Part shown: in pieces, positions 20,175 through 29,752 of the stretch
Layout: every line of letters starts with the position of its first letter
Numbering within the stretch: the first letter of the stretch is position 1
Source of the DNA: a virus
Taxonomy: Duplodnaviria; Caudoviricetes
Virus record (IMG/VR): IMGVR_UViG_3300037781_000042
Coordinates: 128,001 to 192,000 of that record
DNA: 64,000 bases
Strand: one strand, 5' to 3'
Translations under genes and position numbers: made by a program
Notes under the pieces: model-generated
Told to the model about the DNA's origin: nothing
The model's database searches: none
What the model saw: the letters and a program-made list of their open reading frames with translations, nothing else

Positions 20175-21659
20175 TTATATATTGACACTAGATTTACGCA
20201 ATTCTTTTATTTGTTCTTCTAAATCACCTGGATTTTCTTCTACATTAATTCTACGAGCTTTAGGTAAAAAGTCTAATTTTTCTATTTCATTATAACTTAT
20301 ATCTAACATACCCGTTATTTCTTTTTGTAATCCTTCAATAGAAGTAAGTTGATTTCCAAATAATATTATATTTCCTTTTACTAGAGGAATTTCTTTTAAA
20401 GTTTTAAGTTTTGTTCTTTGAGCAAATAAAGACCCATTTACTTTTTTAATATCTTCGAACTTTTCTATTTTAGTAAATCCTACAGTTAAATCTCCATCTA
20501 CAATTTCTGGTCCACCTTTTAAAGAAGTTAAGTACTTATTATTTGAAAGATACAAATCTCCTACTTCCTGTGGGCAATGAAGTAAATTTATAATTTCAGT
20601 ATTTTGACAATCTAAATCTCCTACTTTTACTGGAATTCCTTCTAAAGTCTTTAATGGATTATAAGAACAGTCGTATTCGCGACCTACCTGTTTTGGTCCA
20701 TCTACCAAACTAGGCAAATTGTTATAAGAACAATCAAAAATTCCTTCTACTATTTCTGGAGATCCTTCTAAATTTTCTAATTTATTATTAGAGCAATTGA
20801 AATTTTCTGTAATTTTTCTGAATCTAATTCCTATATCTAATAAACTATTTAAATTTCTTCTAAATAAGTTTATGCTTCCATCATAATCATAAGTTCCATC
20901 TCCATTATCAGTTAACTTATCTTCATTAATTCCATATTTTGTAAGTGTACGATGTAATTGAGCTTGAGGAGAAGTTAATTCTCTAGGCATAAAAATATTT
21001 TCATCAAGTCCTAACTCGTTCATAACATAATGCATTCCTATTTCTGTATCATTTGCATTATAAACAAGTCTTCTTTCATCTTCATAAACAGCTACTGCAA
21101 TTTTGGAATAAGTTTTACTGTGTGATCTATTTTTATCTATAATGTAATAAAGAGTTACTCCTTGATTATAAACATAACTTTTAAAATAATTATCTTTTTT
21201 AGCAGCAGTACACCATCTAGTTCCTGATCCGTATTTACAACTAGATTCTATCGTTTGCGGAACAATAATTAAAAAATCATCATTATCTAATATTACTTCT
21301 ACCTCAGAAGTTTCTTTCTTTTCTTTATCTATTTCCTTTTTTCTTTTAAGTGCTTGTGTAATAAGCGAATCAAATTCTTCATAAGAAAGTCTTTGAATAT
21401 CTGCATTTATTAGATTTCTATTTTCTAATTCATGATAAGTCTCTATAGCAGAAGAAAGTTCAAATGGTTCTACTTTATCTTTTAAATGAAATTCAATTAA
21501 TTTTTCTACATATTTAAAATTAGGACTTGGATCCATCTTTACAAACTCGTCAAACGTTTCCTTATCTATTTTATTTGTATTTAAAAATCTTCTTTTAGCA
21601 CTTGCTTTAGATTCATTTAAACTTAAAAAGTCTCTATAATTTAAAAATTCTTTATTCAT
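20175..21659 (-). CDS. WCTA-domain LRR protein (family B) with capsid-targeting-like leader
   Basis: MNKEFLNYRDFLSLNE leader; DPSPNFKYVEK; SCKYGSGTRWCTAA; C-terminal GxFxCSxNxLxxLxGxP repeats. Confidence 0.85.
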   Translation of the reverse strand: MNKEFLNYRDFLSLNESKASAKRRFLNTNKIDKETFDEFVKMDPSPNFKYVEKLIEFHLKDKVEPFELSSAIETYHELENRNLINADIQRLSYEEFDSLITQALKRKKEIDKEKKETSEVEVILDNDDFLIIVPQTIESSCKYGSGTRWCTAAKKDNYFKSYVYNQGVTLYYIIDKNRSHSKTYSKIAVAVYEDERRLVYNANDTEIGMHYVMNELGLDENIFMPRELTSPQAQLHRTLTKYGINEDKLTDNGDGTYDYDGSINLFRRNLNSLLDIGIRFRKITENFNCSNNKLENLEGSPEIVEGIFDCSYNNLPSLVDGPKQVGREYDCSYNPLKTLEGIPVKVGDLDCQNTEIINLLHCPQEVGDLYLSNNKYLTSLKGGPEIVDGDLTVGFTKIEKFEDIKKVNGSLFAQRTKLKTLKEIPLVKGNIILFGNQLTSIEGLQKEITGMLDISYNEIEKLDFLPKARRINVEENPGDLEEQIKELRKSSVNI

Positions 21660-22816
21660 TATTCTATTATTCTTGGTGGTCTGTTTGAAATTACTTCTAA
21701 TAAACCTAATTCTAACTCATCTCTTTTATTTGATTCTGGATTTATATTTTTAGGAGCTTCTGGAATTCTCCTATCTGGATTTACTTCTAAATTTCCTAAA
21801 TCCAGTTGTTCTCTTCTAGCACTCGAAACATTTAATTCTCCTAAATCTAATTGTTCTCTTTCTGAACTTTCTGCATTTATATTATCAGGAAGTCTAATTT
21901 CTCTTTTAAGTTTTGCTTCTTCAGCAGATTCTTCTTCAATATTTGAAATTTTTATTTTATTTGAATCTTTAAAATCTTGATAATCTTCTTCCTTAGGTCT
22001 TCTTTCGTTTCCTTGTTCTGCATATAAACCAGTTTTAGGTCTAACGAAATTAGTTAAGAAATTAAAGTCTTGTCTATTATCATCACTAAAGTAGCCTGTT
22101 CCTCCATATCCAAATAATTCTTTAGTAGGCAAATTATAAACTTCTAAAATTCTTCTAGGAATAATTTCAAATGTATGTTTTATATCATCTTCGGTTCCTT
22201 CATTAGTAATAGAAGATGCAAGTCCCGAATAATCATCAAAAACAAATTCACAATCTCTAAGCTTTAAAACAATTACTCCTTGAGAATCATCATCATATTC
22301 TAATTTATTTCCATTTCTCTTAAGTAGTATTCTAGGATCTATAAGATAAATAGACATATCAAAAAATCTTAAATTTTTAACTAAAACGTCTCTCATATAT
22401 TTTTTATCTTGAACTGTTGATCTATAAGCTTCCATTAAAGATAAAAATTTCATATCGACAGATTCTCTAGAAGATACCGTAAAAGAAGTTCCTTCAGGAA
22501 GTCTTGGACCTTCGTTATTTAAAGTTAAAAGATCATTTACTCCTGAAAGTTGAGTAAACCACCAAGGTTCTTCAATAGAAAATTTTCTTAATAAATTAAC
22601 AAAATAATCTAATTTTTGAACTCTTAAATCGTCTCCTCTTGAAGATAGAAAATCTCTAGCACCTCCTGAAAGTAATCCAGGTTCTAAAGATTCGTCAGGA
22701 GAAATTCTAGGAAAAAATTCAAAACGCAAACCAAATGTTAAATATAATGGATCTTGAACTCCATCTACACTTCTATTTATAAATCTATTTCTATAATTAT
22801 CGTACTTATTTATCAT
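21659..22816 (-). CDS. putative tail-tube-fold baseplate/tail protein
   Basis: DPLYLTFGLRF, a FTVSSRESVDMKF...LRFFDMSIYL...LKLRDCEF pattern reminiscent of gp19/gp54; low-complexity C-terminal tail with REQLDLG repeats. Confidence 0.35.
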   Translation of the reverse strand: MINKYDNYRNRFINRSVDGVQDPLYLTFGLRFEFFPRISPDESLEPGLLSGGARDFLSSRGDDLRVQKLDYFVNLLRKFSIEEPWWFTQLSGVNDLLTLNNEGPRLPEGTSFTVSSRESVDMKFLSLMEAYRSTVQDKKYMRDVLVKNLRFFDMSIYLIDPRILLKRNGNKLEYDDDSQGVIVLKLRDCEFVFDDYSGLASSITNEGTEDDIKHTFEIIPRRILEVYNLPTKELFGYGGTGYFSDDNRQDFNFLTNFVRPKTGLYAEQGNERRPKEEDYQDFKDSNKIKISNIEEESAEEAKLKREIRLPDNINAESSEREQLDLGELNVSSARREQLDLGNLEVNPDRRIPEAPKNINPESNKRDELELGLLEVISNRPPRIIE

Positions 22817-22826
22817 TTGTATCTAT

Positions 22827-23732
22827 TTAAAATTCTAATCCTGTATCTTCTAAATCTTTAGCTTCTTTATTCCATTTATAAACTTCTTGATTTATAGATA
22901 ATTTAATATTATTTTCTTCTGAATAAGAAAGAAGTTTTCTACATGAGGGTAGATCCCAATCCATTAAATCTTCTATAATCTTCTTTTGTTCTTCTTCTGG
23001 TAAAGATACTAGATATTTTATTGAATCTTCGTATTTTTCTTGAGGTTCAACTTCTATATTTCCTTTAACTTCAAAAGTAAATTTTTTAGAAAGTATATTG
23101 TTACGATGACACCGGAAATCGCCACCTACAGACTTAAGATTTTCAAGACCTTTCAAACTGGTTAACTTGTTACCATGGCACGCAAAAGTACCATCTACAA
23201 ACTTAAGACTTTGAAAACCTTCTAAACTAGTTAACTTATTATAATGCAACCATAAATCCTCTCCTACAGACTTAAGATTCTCAAGCCCTTTTAAACCGGT
23301 TAATTTGTTATTATCACACCTGAAAGAGCCACCTACAAACTCAAGATTCTTAAGACCTTCTAAAGTAGTTAACTGGTTTTTAGAACATAAAAAATAATCA
23401 CGTACAGACTTAAGACTTTCTAAACCTTCTAAACTAGTTAATTTGTTATTAGAACAATCGAAATCGCCACCTACAGACTTAATTCTAAAAGGTAACTTAG
23501 TTAACTTCATTTCACTTAAATTTATATCCCCTGTACAAGAGACATACCCTTCTTCACCTATTGTCCAAGCACCAGATAAACGATGCTTCCTAGTTGGAGT
23601 CTTTTTCCCTTCTAGGTTTTCTTGGATCCATTTTTTAACTTCTCCAGGATCTTCTAAAGGAAACCTAGATTGATCGAAACCTTTGCTTTCGTTTATAAAC
23701 TCTGTATAATTTTTTATCTGTTTAGTTATCAA
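22827..23732 (-). CDS. LRR protein family A with capsid-targeting-like leader
   Basis: TTG start; ITKQIKNYTEFINE leader; six 23-aa LRRs; ends DLEDTGLEF. Confidence 0.85.
   Translation of the reverse strand: MITKQIKNYTEFINESKGFDQSRFPLEDPGEVKKWIQENLEGKKTPTRKHRLSGAWTIGEEGYVSCTGDINLSEMKLTKLPFRIKSVGGDFDCSNNKLTSLEGLESLKSVRDYFLCSKNQLTTLEGLKNLEFVGGSFRCDNNKLTGLKGLENLKSVGEDLWLHYNKLTSLEGFQSLKFVDGTFACHGNKLTSLKGLENLKSVGGDFRCHRNNILSKKFTFEVKGNIEVEPQEKYEDSIKYLVSLPEEEQKKIIEDLMDWDLPSCRKLLSYSEENNIKLSINQEVYKWNKEAKDLEDTGLEF
23126..23483 (-). repeat. 69-bp tandem repeat encoding LRR units
   Basis: (c/g)taca(g/a)act(t/c) recurs on the + strand at 23126, 23195, 23264, 23333, 23402 and 23471. Confidence 0.9.
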
Positions 23733-24172
23733 TTTTCTTTATTTTTGTTTTTTACATTTGCTAACTTCTTTTTAGTTAGTATCAATTTCATCATCATTGC
23801 AAGCAATAATGAATTTTCTTCTCTATTTAATACATAAGCAAAATTTTCTTTTAAAGACCACTTACTGATAAATTCTCTCATATTTAAAGAAGATACATCA
23901 ATTGCAATTGCATCTATTTCTCTAGTAACTTCTTCTGCTCCAAAAGAACCATCGTTATTAAAGCTTCCTAAAAAACTTATTCTTTTAGAATCTACTTCTA
24001 GTTCTAATTCGTCTAAAATTTCTGCTAAAACGTCGTGAGTTTCATCTTGAGGCTCTACTATAAAAGGTCTATTATTTAAAACATTTTCAGAATAATAAAC
24101 TCCTAACTGCCCTTCCTTTGTCATAGTATACAAAAGAAATCCCATTTTAGTATATTCAATATTATTTGGCAT
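23729..24172 (-). CDS. hypothetical protein, possibly a degenerate Nudix fold
   Basis: ETHDVLAEILDELELEV loosely recalls a Nudix box but lacks the GX5EX7REUXEE consensus. Confidence 0.3.
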   Translation of the reverse strand: MPNNIEYTKMGFLLYTMTKEGQLGVYYSENVLNNRPFIVEPQDETHDVLAEILDELELEVDSKRISFLGSFNNDGSFGAEEVTREIDAIAIDVSSLNMREFISKWSLKENFAYVLNREENSLLLAMMMKLILTKKKLANVKNKNKEN

Positions 24173-25394
24173 TAATACTCCCTAATACTGGAGCCCATCT
24201 TCTCTGTAAAAAATCATACATAGAAGTTTTCTCCTTGTTATTTTTCCAAGTTAACTTTTTCCTTAAAGTAACTCCTTTTAAATCATCAATTGCATCTTTA
24301 CCCAAAGAAGGATTGTTTTCTATTGTCAAGGTACCTGAAATGTTTTTCGGTAAACCTTTTAAACTTGTTAATTTTTTATTTCCTTCTATTTTAAAACTTT
24401 CAACACCTTTAAATTCTGAAAAATCTACGCTTTCTAAAGATTCTAGATCTGTATCAGAAATAACAATTGCTCCTGTTATTTTAAAATCTATATTCTTCAT
24501 TCTAGAAAAATCGATATAAGGAATATCAGAATTTACATAAAAATCTTTAAAATGAATCTGTTCAACGTTTTTTTCAACATTATGTCCTATTTTAGGATTA
24601 TGATTGTGAACTAAAATTTTTCTGCTTTCTCCTTCTGGTTCAGGTTTTTCTAAAAGCTTTTTAATTTTATCTGGTAAAGCATTCCACCAAATTCTTCTTT
24701 CTTCATTCATTCCAGTATCTAAAATAGGATTAAATGAAGAATCAGGTGCGTCCCAAAAATTAGAAAGCTGTCCACTATAATTTACTTGGGCAGCAACCTT
24801 ATATAAAGGATTTTTATCTTCACTCGAAACGGGTTGACTATCAAAAGCTTTGTTTGTTATAACATAAAAATGTTGTCCTTGTCTCCAAAAATAATCGTTC
24901 CAGTGTACTGGAGTTAAAAACGTAATACACCATTTAGTTCCTGATCCTATCTTTTTTGCTCCTGTCCAATTAAATACTAAATGACATCTCCAAGCATCGT
25001 CATCATAAACCATTACACTATTTTCAGAAATTTCTTTTTTCTTCTTTTGTGTATTAGAAATCTTTCCTCTAGCATCTATAATAACTTTTTCAAAGTCATC
25101 TATTTCAGAATATCTTTGAATGTCTTTATCGTTTCCACTTATTATATTTCTATTTGTTTTTTCGTGAAACTCTTCTATTAAATGACTAAGAGCCATTATT
25201 CTTTCCAGTTCCATGATTTGAGAATAATTTTCATGATCTTTCATTTGAAGAAAGAAGTCACACATTTTCTCAATATATTTTTTATTATTTGTTGGATCTG
25301 CAGATAAAAGCTGTGTAAAAGTAGAACTGTTGATTCTTCCAGTTTCTACAAATCTTTGTTCTGCTTGTTTTTTACCTTCATTAAGATGTTGCAT
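24162..25394 (-). CDS. WCTA-like-domain protein (family B) with short leader and short LRR tail
   Basis: MQHLNE then GKKQAEQRF; DPTNNKKYIEK; GAKKIGSGTKWCIT; LTSLKGLPKNISGTL. Confidence 0.8.
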   Translation of the reverse strand: MQHLNEGKKQAEQRFVETGRINSSTFTQLLSADPTNNKKYIEKMCDFFLQMKDHENYSQIMELERIMALSHLIEEFHEKTNRNIISGNDKDIQRYSEIDDFEKVIIDARGKISNTQKKKKEISENSVMVYDDDAWRCHLVFNWTGAKKIGSGTKWCITFLTPVHWNDYFWRQGQHFYVITNKAFDSQPVSSEDKNPLYKVAAQVNYSGQLSNFWDAPDSSFNPILDTGMNEERRIWWNALPDKIKKLLEKPEPEGESRKILVHNHNPKIGHNVEKNVEQIHFKDFYVNSDIPYIDFSRMKNIDFKITGAIVISDTDLESLESVDFSEFKGVESFKIEGNKKLTSLKGLPKNISGTLTIENNPSLGKDAIDDLKGVTLRKKLTWKNNKEKTSMYDFLQRRWAPVLGSINAK

Positions 25395-25423
25395 TCTTAT
25401 TTGTTTTTATTTCTTTTAGTATA

Positions 25424-25433
25424 GTATATATTT
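25424..25433 (-). promoter_or_regulatory. candidate late promoter AAATATATAC
   Basis: Minus strand, 29 nt upstream of the ORF starting at 25394. Confidence 0.5.
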
Positions 25434-26102
25434 CTATTGTTTTACGTACCTGTCTAAGTATTCATAACAACATTTTAAAAACCATTCAAAAGTATCTGTT
25501 CCTTTAAATAATTTTAAATAAACATTCCATATTTGACCTTTAACATGATCTACAGGTTCTACTTCTTGTAAAGTTCTTTCTATTTTTTCTTTATTCCACT
25601 TCAATTGATTTTGGAACTTATTCATTTGTTCATTTGCATAAGCTCTTATTTCTTCAAAAGTAGAAAAATATTTAATATCATCTTCTAAATCAGAGCCTTC
25701 CATAAAAGGTCTTTTAGGATTTAAAGAATCTTGTTGATGTGTCATTTCATGAACTAAAGAATCTTCTAATCTAGACATCCAATTATCCCATTTAGTATCA
25801 TTTTCTTTTATAGAAAGAACATCTGGCTGTAGTAAAATATGTACTTGTTCATCTTTAGAATTATGAAATGCTGGACTTCCTTCTAATTCTGGAAAATCTT
25901 TGTAAGTATGAAATACTACGTCATATTTTTTAGTTACCATTGTTAAATATTCAGCAAGCTCCTCTAAAGAAGTTACTTTAGATTGAATAAAATCTTTAGA
26001 TCTAGCAACGTCTTTTTTAATTAATTCAATAGCATCCCATGGGATTGATGTTGATACTTTTTCATTTATAAATTCTTTATATGTCTTAAATTCTTTATTC
26101 AT
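25434..26102 (-). CDS. putative zincin metallopeptidase with capsid-targeting-like leader
   Basis: MNKEFKTYKEFINE leader; LVHEMTHQQD (HExxH) and downstream EEIRAYANE. Confidence 0.6.
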   Translation of the reverse strand: MNKEFKTYKEFINEKVSTSIPWDAIELIKKDVARSKDFIQSKVTSLEELAEYLTMVTKKYDVVFHTYKDFPELEGSPAFHNSKDEQVHILLQPDVLSIKENDTKWDNWMSRLEDSLVHEMTHQQDSLNPKRPFMEGSDLEDDIKYFSTFEEIRAYANEQMNKFQNQLKWNKEKIERTLQEVEPVDHVKGQIWNVYLKLFKGTDTFEWFLKCCYEYLDRYVKQ

Positions 26103-26440
26103 TATGGTGTATAATTTTCTAATGGTACTGTTAAATCAATTTTATCTCCATTAAAAGTAAAACATAAAAGATATTCAGGAGTAGTATTTACATTAGCAAC
26201 AAAATAATTTACGAATATGTTTGAAGAAAAATCTACTAATACATTGGCGTCCGAAGTTCCTAAATCGGAATGTGTATACACTTCTAAATTATCTACAAAT
26301 TTCTTTATTACTATTGTTTGATCATCATAATCTAAAGTGTCTTCCAAAAGTATATCAGAAACTTGTTCTAAAGGATATTTCATTACAGGAAATACATCTT
26401 CCTTTAAATACGTTATTACTATAGGATCTAAAATTTTCAT
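26102..26440 (-). CDS. hypothetical protein (late)
   Basis: 112-aa ORF downstream of the GGATATATAA motif; TAATG overlap with the next gene. Confidence 0.55.
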   Translation of the reverse strand: MKILDPIVITYLKEDVFPVMKYPLEQVSDILLEDTLDYDDQTIVIKKFVDNLEVYTHSDLGTSDANVLVDFSSNIFVNYFVANVNTTPEYLLCFTFNGDKIDLTVPLENYTP

Positions 26441-26445
26441 ATAAC

Positions 26446-26466
26446 TTATATATCCTTAATATATAG
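26446..26466. promoter_or_regulatory. back-to-back candidate late promoters
   Basis: GGATATATAA on minus (26446-26455) and TAATATATAG on plus (26457-26466) in a 29-nt divergent gap. Confidence 0.6.
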
Positions 26467-26469
26467 TTT

Positions 26470-28443
26470 ATGAAAGATTCTCCTTGTAAAGATTGTAGTT
26501 GCGAGACTATTTATAGAAAAATTGAACGTCCTAAAACATACCAATTCGGGGTAGATAGTGACCAATGGATAAAATATTATGTTCCTGTAGATGATTATGC
26601 GGATGTAGCTGGTGCTGATTATTTTACATCTTATGAGGACATGGAAACAGATTACAATTCTACTGCTTTAGTAGCCTCTTTAGCAACTAAATTTTTATCT
26701 AATGGTCCGGGGTTTGATCCTTGGCACGATACTATAGAAGAAGCTGTAACATATTTAGATAGTTTTGATTATACGTTTGGAGGTTCATTTCCAGCAAATT
26801 CTTTTTATTGGACAATTATTTATGTAACTAATCCTAATTATGGAAAAGAATTACAATATGATTCTTCAGTATTAAGTTGGCCAATAAATCAAGATGCTAT
26901 TTGTTATGACGAATTAAAAGATCCTTTTTGGAAAATTAAATTTCCTATATGTGGATCGAATGGAAAAAAAGACAAAGACAATACTTTTAAATTTAAAGAT
27001 TGTGGTATCTGGAACGTAGAATATAGACTAAGACTTCGTCCTTTAGTATTTTTTGGTTGGCCAGAAGATGGAGATACTTGTGCAGATCATTGGTTAGAAT
27101 CGGGAGAAGAAGTAGATAATACTGAAAATAGAACTAAGCTATGGAATACGTATAGATTTTATAGTGCTATGAAAGAACAGGCAGGAGCAAAATATTTAGG
27201 AATGACTAAGCTTAGATTAGAAACTGGAATATTTAATGAAGATAGTCAAACACAAAAACCTATAGTTTGGTCAGAAGGAAAATATCCTCAGCCAGTAATT
27301 AAATATAAAGACTATTGGGATTCAAATTATGAAAATGGTAAATATCTTTATTATAAGGAATGCTCGCCTACTCAATGGGAAGGAATGCATCCTCATTTAA
27401 TATCTTCTGATATGGAAGAAACTGAAGTAGTTTATAAACAATTTAACTACAGTTTTACTTCAGGTTCTGTAAGTGAAGGATTATTTGAAGTAACTACAAA
27501 TGATTTTGATAATCCTGGCGATATTATTCTTTCTAAAAAATCACAACTAAAAGGAGATCAATATAATACAGCAGACATTCCTTTAAAATATAGGTTAGAT
27601 GAACCTGATAGATTTTTCAGTAACTGTTTAGAAAATCAATATGCTTCTCCAACAGGAGATGTTGAAATTGTACAAAGAGCTTTTATAAATGGTGAATGGA
27701 AAAAACTTCGTAAAGTTAGTTATAGTTTAATAGAAGTCGTAGAAAATCCTACTTCAGTTACTTTAGATGTAGATGTAGGAACAGTTATTAATTATGATGT
27801 AGGTAACATTGAAGATACTGATACATTTTATAATGGAACTACGTATAAAACAAAATATGAAATTTTAGTAAGTATAGAAAAAGTAACTAAATCTGTTCCT
27901 AAAATGGATTATGCAAACGTTACTATAGGAAATGTTACTGAATTAACAGATGATTTTGTTTATGAATTGGAAGGATTTACTCATGTAGATATGGATAAAC
28001 AAAAAGAAATTTCTATTTATCTTAAAGCTTTACCAGATTCTCCTAGCGGGCATCCTTTAGAACATGATACTGGATTTACAATGCCAGGTATTTCTTCTAT
28101 ACAACCAACTAAAAATGGATCTGACCCTGCAATTATAAATGAATCAGATACCATGCCTGAAAAATATTGGCCTTGGGGTGTACTTTCTGCAGATGAAAGA
28201 ACAGGCTATCAAGAACAATTTAAAAAAGTATACGAACCTTTACTTCCTATTCGTCCTGATCTTATTGATTTTGATGCTACTGGAACTGGGATAATAGATA
28301 ATGTTAGAGCAGGGCAAGCATATAGATGGGGTCACGTTCTTTCTGATGAAAATTGGATAGGAAGAAAAAATCCTTTCTGGTATATTATGATAGAAGAAGG
28401 ATGGATTAGATTAACTAAAACATGCGAAGGTTGTTGTGATTAA
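26470..28443 (+). CDS. large hypothetical protein, probably virion-associated
   Basis: 657-aa acidic, aromatic-rich ORF after a late motif; Cys clusters at both termini. Confidence 0.5.
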   Translation: MKDSPCKDCSCETIYRKIERPKTYQFGVDSDQWIKYYVPVDDYADVAGADYFTSYEDMETDYNSTALVASLATKFLSNGPGFDPWHDTIEEAVTYLDSFDYTFGGSFPANSFYWTIIYVTNPNYGKELQYDSSVLSWPINQDAICYDELKDPFWKIKFPICGSNGKKDKDNTFKFKDCGIWNVEYRLRLRPLVFFGWPEDGDTCADHWLESGEEVDNTENRTKLWNTYRFYSAMKEQAGAKYLGMTKLRLETGIFNEDSQTQKPIVWSEGKYPQPVIKYKDYWDSNYENGKYLYYKECSPTQWEGMHPHLISSDMEETEVVYKQFNYSFTSGSVSEGLFEVTTNDFDNPGDIILSKKSQLKGDQYNTADIPLKYRLDEPDRFFSNCLENQYASPTGDVEIVQRAFINGEWKKLRKVSYSLIEVVENPTSVTLDVDVGTVINYDVGNIEDTDTFYNGTTYKTKYEILVSIEKVTKSVPKMDYANVTIGNVTELTDDFVYELEGFTHVDMDKQKEISIYLKALPDSPSGHPLEHDTGFTMPGISSIQPTKNGSDPAIINESDTMPEKYWPWGVLSADERTGYQEQFKKVYEPLLPIRPDLIDFDATGTGIIDNVRAGQAYRWGHVLSDENWIGRKNPFWYIMIEEGWIRLTKTCEGCCD

Positions 28444-29372
28444 GCAGAACCAAATTTGTTAGGATCTAAACTTTTAAAATAATCTAAAGATTGCATTTCT
28501 ACCTTTTCAGGATCAAATTTAATATAAGGATCTTTTTCAGGTTCTGGAGCAGATGCTAAAGTTATAGTTTTTTGTTGATTTGTATTTCCTAAAATCTCTT
28601 CTTTTTTAACAGAAGCTAAATTAGCAGATCCTTTTAATGTAGTAGCTAAAGTAGCTATAGTTTTTTCTACATCTTTTAAAGGTTTAATTTTTCCTTTTCT
28701 TATCTCATTTTCTAATCTTTTAGCAGATCTTTTTCTAGCAGTCCCTTCTGATTCTCCTGTTCCAAAACCTACAACTCTATTTACATAATCTATATCAGTA
28801 AGTCTTTCTTTTTTAGCTCTTTCAAAATATTTTACTGCTATATCAAAAGCATATTCAGGATCAGCTGCTAACTCAGGATTATTTACTAAATCAACTCCTA
28901 ATTGCTTAGATGCTTTAGTATAATTGTGTTTTCCTGTAAGTTGAATTAAGCCACCTCCTCTATATTTATAACCATCTTCAAATTTGTCATTTCCTAAATC
29001 TTTTCTTTTTCCATAAAGAACTCCAAATAAATATTCTGGTCCTTTTTTTATAGCTGCTTGTGCATGTTGAATAGTAGGAAATTTAACTGCATTTTTTCTT
29101 TTACTCTTTTGCTGTTCTTTAGGGCCCCAAAGTTCCATTAATCTTTCAGCAGAATAATTAGTTAATTCTCTTTTAGGAATAAAACCGGATTCATGCTTTA
29201 TTTGTGCTAAAATGTTAGCTTGTGCTTTAGGATCTGTTATCCCTGCTTCAATTAATTTACTAAGTAAGATGTTCTTATTTAATTGCACTAACTTTTCTTG
29301 ATCAGATTTTGCAACCTTTCTCCAATTAAAAGTATCTTCGTTTAATTTATAATCTGTGTATTTTATAATCAT
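28440..29372 (-). CDS. glycoside hydrolase family 19 (chitinase-class) lysozyme with leader-like N-terminus
   Basis: AQIKHESGF, YKYRGGGLIQLTGKHNY, LVNNPELAA motifs; MIIKYTDYKLNE N-terminus. Confidence 0.85.
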   Translation of the reverse strand: MIIKYTDYKLNEDTFNWRKVAKSDQEKLVQLNKNILLSKLIEAGITDPKAQANILAQIKHESGFIPKRELTNYSAERLMELWGPKEQQKSKRKNAVKFPTIQHAQAAIKKGPEYLFGVLYGKRKDLGNDKFEDGYKYRGGGLIQLTGKHNYTKASKQLGVDLVNNPELAADPEYAFDIAVKYFERAKKERLTDIDYVNRVVGFGTGESEGTARKRSAKRLENEIRKGKIKPLKDVEKTIATLATTLKGSANLASVKKEEILGNTNQQKTITLASAPEPEKDPYIKFDPEKVEMQSLDYFKSLDPNKFGSA

Positions 29373-29378
29373 ATTTTT

Positions 29379-29741
29379 TTATTTTACACCTACATCTAAA
29401 TATCTTTGTCCATTAATATAAACCGTTAATAATGCTATATCTCTTACTTGAGCTTGAAAGAACTGTAATTCATAATCTATATCAAACTTAGAATCATCAT
29501 AAACTAAAAATTGTCCAGTCTGATATTTAATGTTATTCAAAATAGTATATTTATTGTAATTCGTCTCAAATATCAAGCGTTCAAGATTAAGCCCCAGAGA
29601 AATTGCCTTTAAGACATCACCTTGATTTGTGAAAAAGAGCATCTTCAATTGTGATAGAAGTTGCTCTAATTCATCTCTTTCATCTACTCTTGTAGAGTCA
29701 AATGTAATATCATTATTTCCTTTAAAATAAAAATCTTTCAC
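29379..29741 (-). CDS. gp25: baseplate wedge protein, gp25-like
   Basis: LEQLLSQLKMLFFTNQGDV...LGLNLERLIFE pattern, 120 aa, GTG start. Confidence 0.7.
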   Translation of the reverse strand: MKDFYFKGNNDITFDSTRVDERDELEQLLSQLKMLFFTNQGDVLKAISLGLNLERLIFETNYNKYTILNNIKYQTGQFLVYDDSKFDIDYELQFFQAQVRDIALLTVYINGQRYLDVGVK

Positions 29742-29752
29742 GAAAAATTATT

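Noticed and set aside
23126-23483. CRISPR array
   Set aside because: The 69-bp period lies within an open frame, encodes LRR units and has no repeat-spacer structure
22827-23732. Diversity-generating retroelement explaining LRR variation
   Set aside because: No reverse transcriptase and no template/variable repeat pair differing only at adenines in this window; differences between units involve all bases
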